A stretch of 64,000 bases of DNA. It comes from Vitrella brassicaformis CCMP3155 (lineage: Eukaryota; Protista; Chromerida). A program made the position numbers and the translations under genes. Of this stretch, positions 62,587 to 64,000 are shown in pieces (position 1 is the first letter of the stretch; the number at the start of each line of letters is the position of its first letter). The stretch covers positions 62,001 through 126,000 of the forward strand of contig CDMY01000708.1 in NCBI GenBank assembly GCA_001179505.1, read 5' to 3'. Below the pieces are notes generated by a model. The model ran no database searches. It saw only the letters and a program-made list of their open reading frames with translations, and was not told the DNA's origin.

Positions 62587-63717
62587 GGGCATACAAGGGG
62601 TCATCCATCCGTCTCGCGCATCTCACGGATCTCACGTACGTTGCAGGTTCGTCCTGAGCTCCACGTTGTCGTTGGAAATCTGCCCCTCCTCATTGAAGGT
62701 CAGGACGTACTTGAGGGACCTGCTCGAGCCGCTCTTGGGGGGGAAGTAGCCTTGCCACAGGTCCACACAGATGCACGTGGCCCCGCCCACACACACTCCC
62801 GCCTTTCTGGCTTCACGCTCGATACCCTGTGTGGCCACACAGACAGACAGACAGACACACAGAGAGAGGAAGGGTTGAGGGCCTGCTTTGGCGGGCTTTG
62901 GCCGCCTGCTGGCTGAGTGCCCACCTGCCCTCCTGTGAGAGGGTGATGATTATGTCTCCATCCAGGCCGTTCTTCAGCTTTGTCGGCGATGTGGTGTTGT
63001 CCGTGAGCGAGTGCGGATTCCCCAAACTTCATCGCATCGCATGACAGCGAAAGAAACGCAGAGGAGAGAGAGAGAGAGAGAGACACAGACAAAGAAGCCC
63101 TCTTCTGAATGGCTGCACGGCTGCGTGTGTAGACATACTTTGAGATGGGACAGATGGCGAAAGACGGTGCTTCCAGAGAGCGATACTGCACGAACCGGGT
63201 CTCTAGGTCGAGCCGGCCGCTTTGCAGATAGTAGACGACAAGCGTGATGATACCCCCAAGAATGATGGCCCACCTGAAGAAAGACCACAAACGCAAAAGT
63301 GGTGGTGCCCCCCCGTCTACCCCGATGAGAGGAAGAGTCACTCACAGAAGTACCAGCATCACACGCGCACAAAACTCCGCCTTCTTCGCTCTTCGAGAGG
63401 CCCCAAACGTGCAGCCTGCAGTGCATCGCAATCGCATGCCAAACACACAATCCCCTCCCGCTCTCTCAATGACGAGTCTCGCATTGCAAAGTTGACTCAC
63501 TCTGTACGAGCTGTTCGGCGAGTCTTTGCCAGAAGCCACGGGCAGCAGCAGACGCTCTCTCCCCGATGCCGCTCTGCCTCTGCTCAGACCGGCGGCTCCC
63601 GGCGGGCAGCAGAGGGGCCTCCAGCCCCTCATCAGGGGGCTCACCCGCAGATTGTGCAGCTGCCGCCGCAGGTGTCGCTGTAGGACGCAATCGCACTTCC
63701 TCTTCGTCACCAGACAT
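61320..63717 (-). CDS. Two-TM membrane protein with large extracellular loop (PAC/TMEM206- or DEG/ENaC-like topology)
   Basis: TM1 LWSFFRWAIILGGIITLVVYYL, post-TM1 YRSLEAPSFAICP, N-glycosylation sequons, pre-TM2 TRVHIEYANFMVQE, TM2 SLVALAVLVVGCISLLNN..FNVFFP. One internal junction unresolved. Confidence 0.65.
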
Positions 63718-64000
63718 CTTATCCAATGTTTTGCAAGCTCGCGCGACAAAACGGGTCAACTTAGCCGCTTGTCTTCAGGTGGCGGCCTGCCTATTTCGCC
63801 CTGTTGAGTGACGCAACGGGGTAGATCTCTCGCCGGAGAGGGTCGGCTCACACACGTGTGAGGGGCTGTGGGGATCCATTGGCTGCCGAGGAGGCGTCAA
63901 GACTGACAGGTGAGGGCTGGGGGAGGGGCGGGCGGGCGGACGAGATGACGATGTGGGCAGGCAGGTGCGTCATGGGAATCTAATCTGCCTCTGTGTGCGC

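Larger units (their letters stand above)
1..64000. repeat. Pervasive intronic microsatellites: (GT/CA)n, (GA/CT)n, (GATG)n, (CAGA)n, (GGGA)n
   Basis: Present in nearly every intron and the source of most spurious ORFs in the ORF track. Confidence 0.97.

Overview
Intron-rich eukaryotic genomic DNA, most consistent with a chromerid alga such as Vitrella brassicaformis. This is an inference from GC-rich exons, short introns filled with (GT)n/(GATG)n/(CTGT)n microsatellites, alveolate-type PKA, and plastid-type proteins with signal-plus-transit leaders. About 18 spliced genes can be reconstructed by eye: a secreted protein with two kringle-like modules, PKA catalytic subunit, membrane-anchored alpha-carbonic anhydrase, plastid HAD-like pseudo-phosphatase, chorismate mutase-prephenate dehydratase fusion, two paralogous secreted peptide precursors, a LamG-type secreted protein, a 6-EF-hand protein, MED22-like, ADA2, a dual-specificity phosphatase, a ZP-module protein, a hypothetical protein, an HMMR/RHAMM-like coiled-coil protein, an MFS transporter, galactokinase, an EGY-type M50 protease and a 2-TM channel-like protein. 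Highlights: (1) an inverted pair of prohormone/KEP-like precursors built from KRRLQ and KR units with acidic spacers; (2) a complete zona pellucida-like module (ZP-N, IHP, ZP-C, furin site, EHP, GPI tail) in a non-animal; (3) a tandem array of ADA2 5' ends that could encode ZZ-finger microproteins; (4) RxLQ motifs recurring at module boundaries of secreted proteins; (5) seven head-to-head gene pairs and a recurrent upstream TTTGCGAGCT motif. No rRNA, tRNA, CRISPR or transposase was recognised. There are two 300-N gaps. All homology calls come from motif recognition, not database searches, and exon boundaries were inferred by hand.
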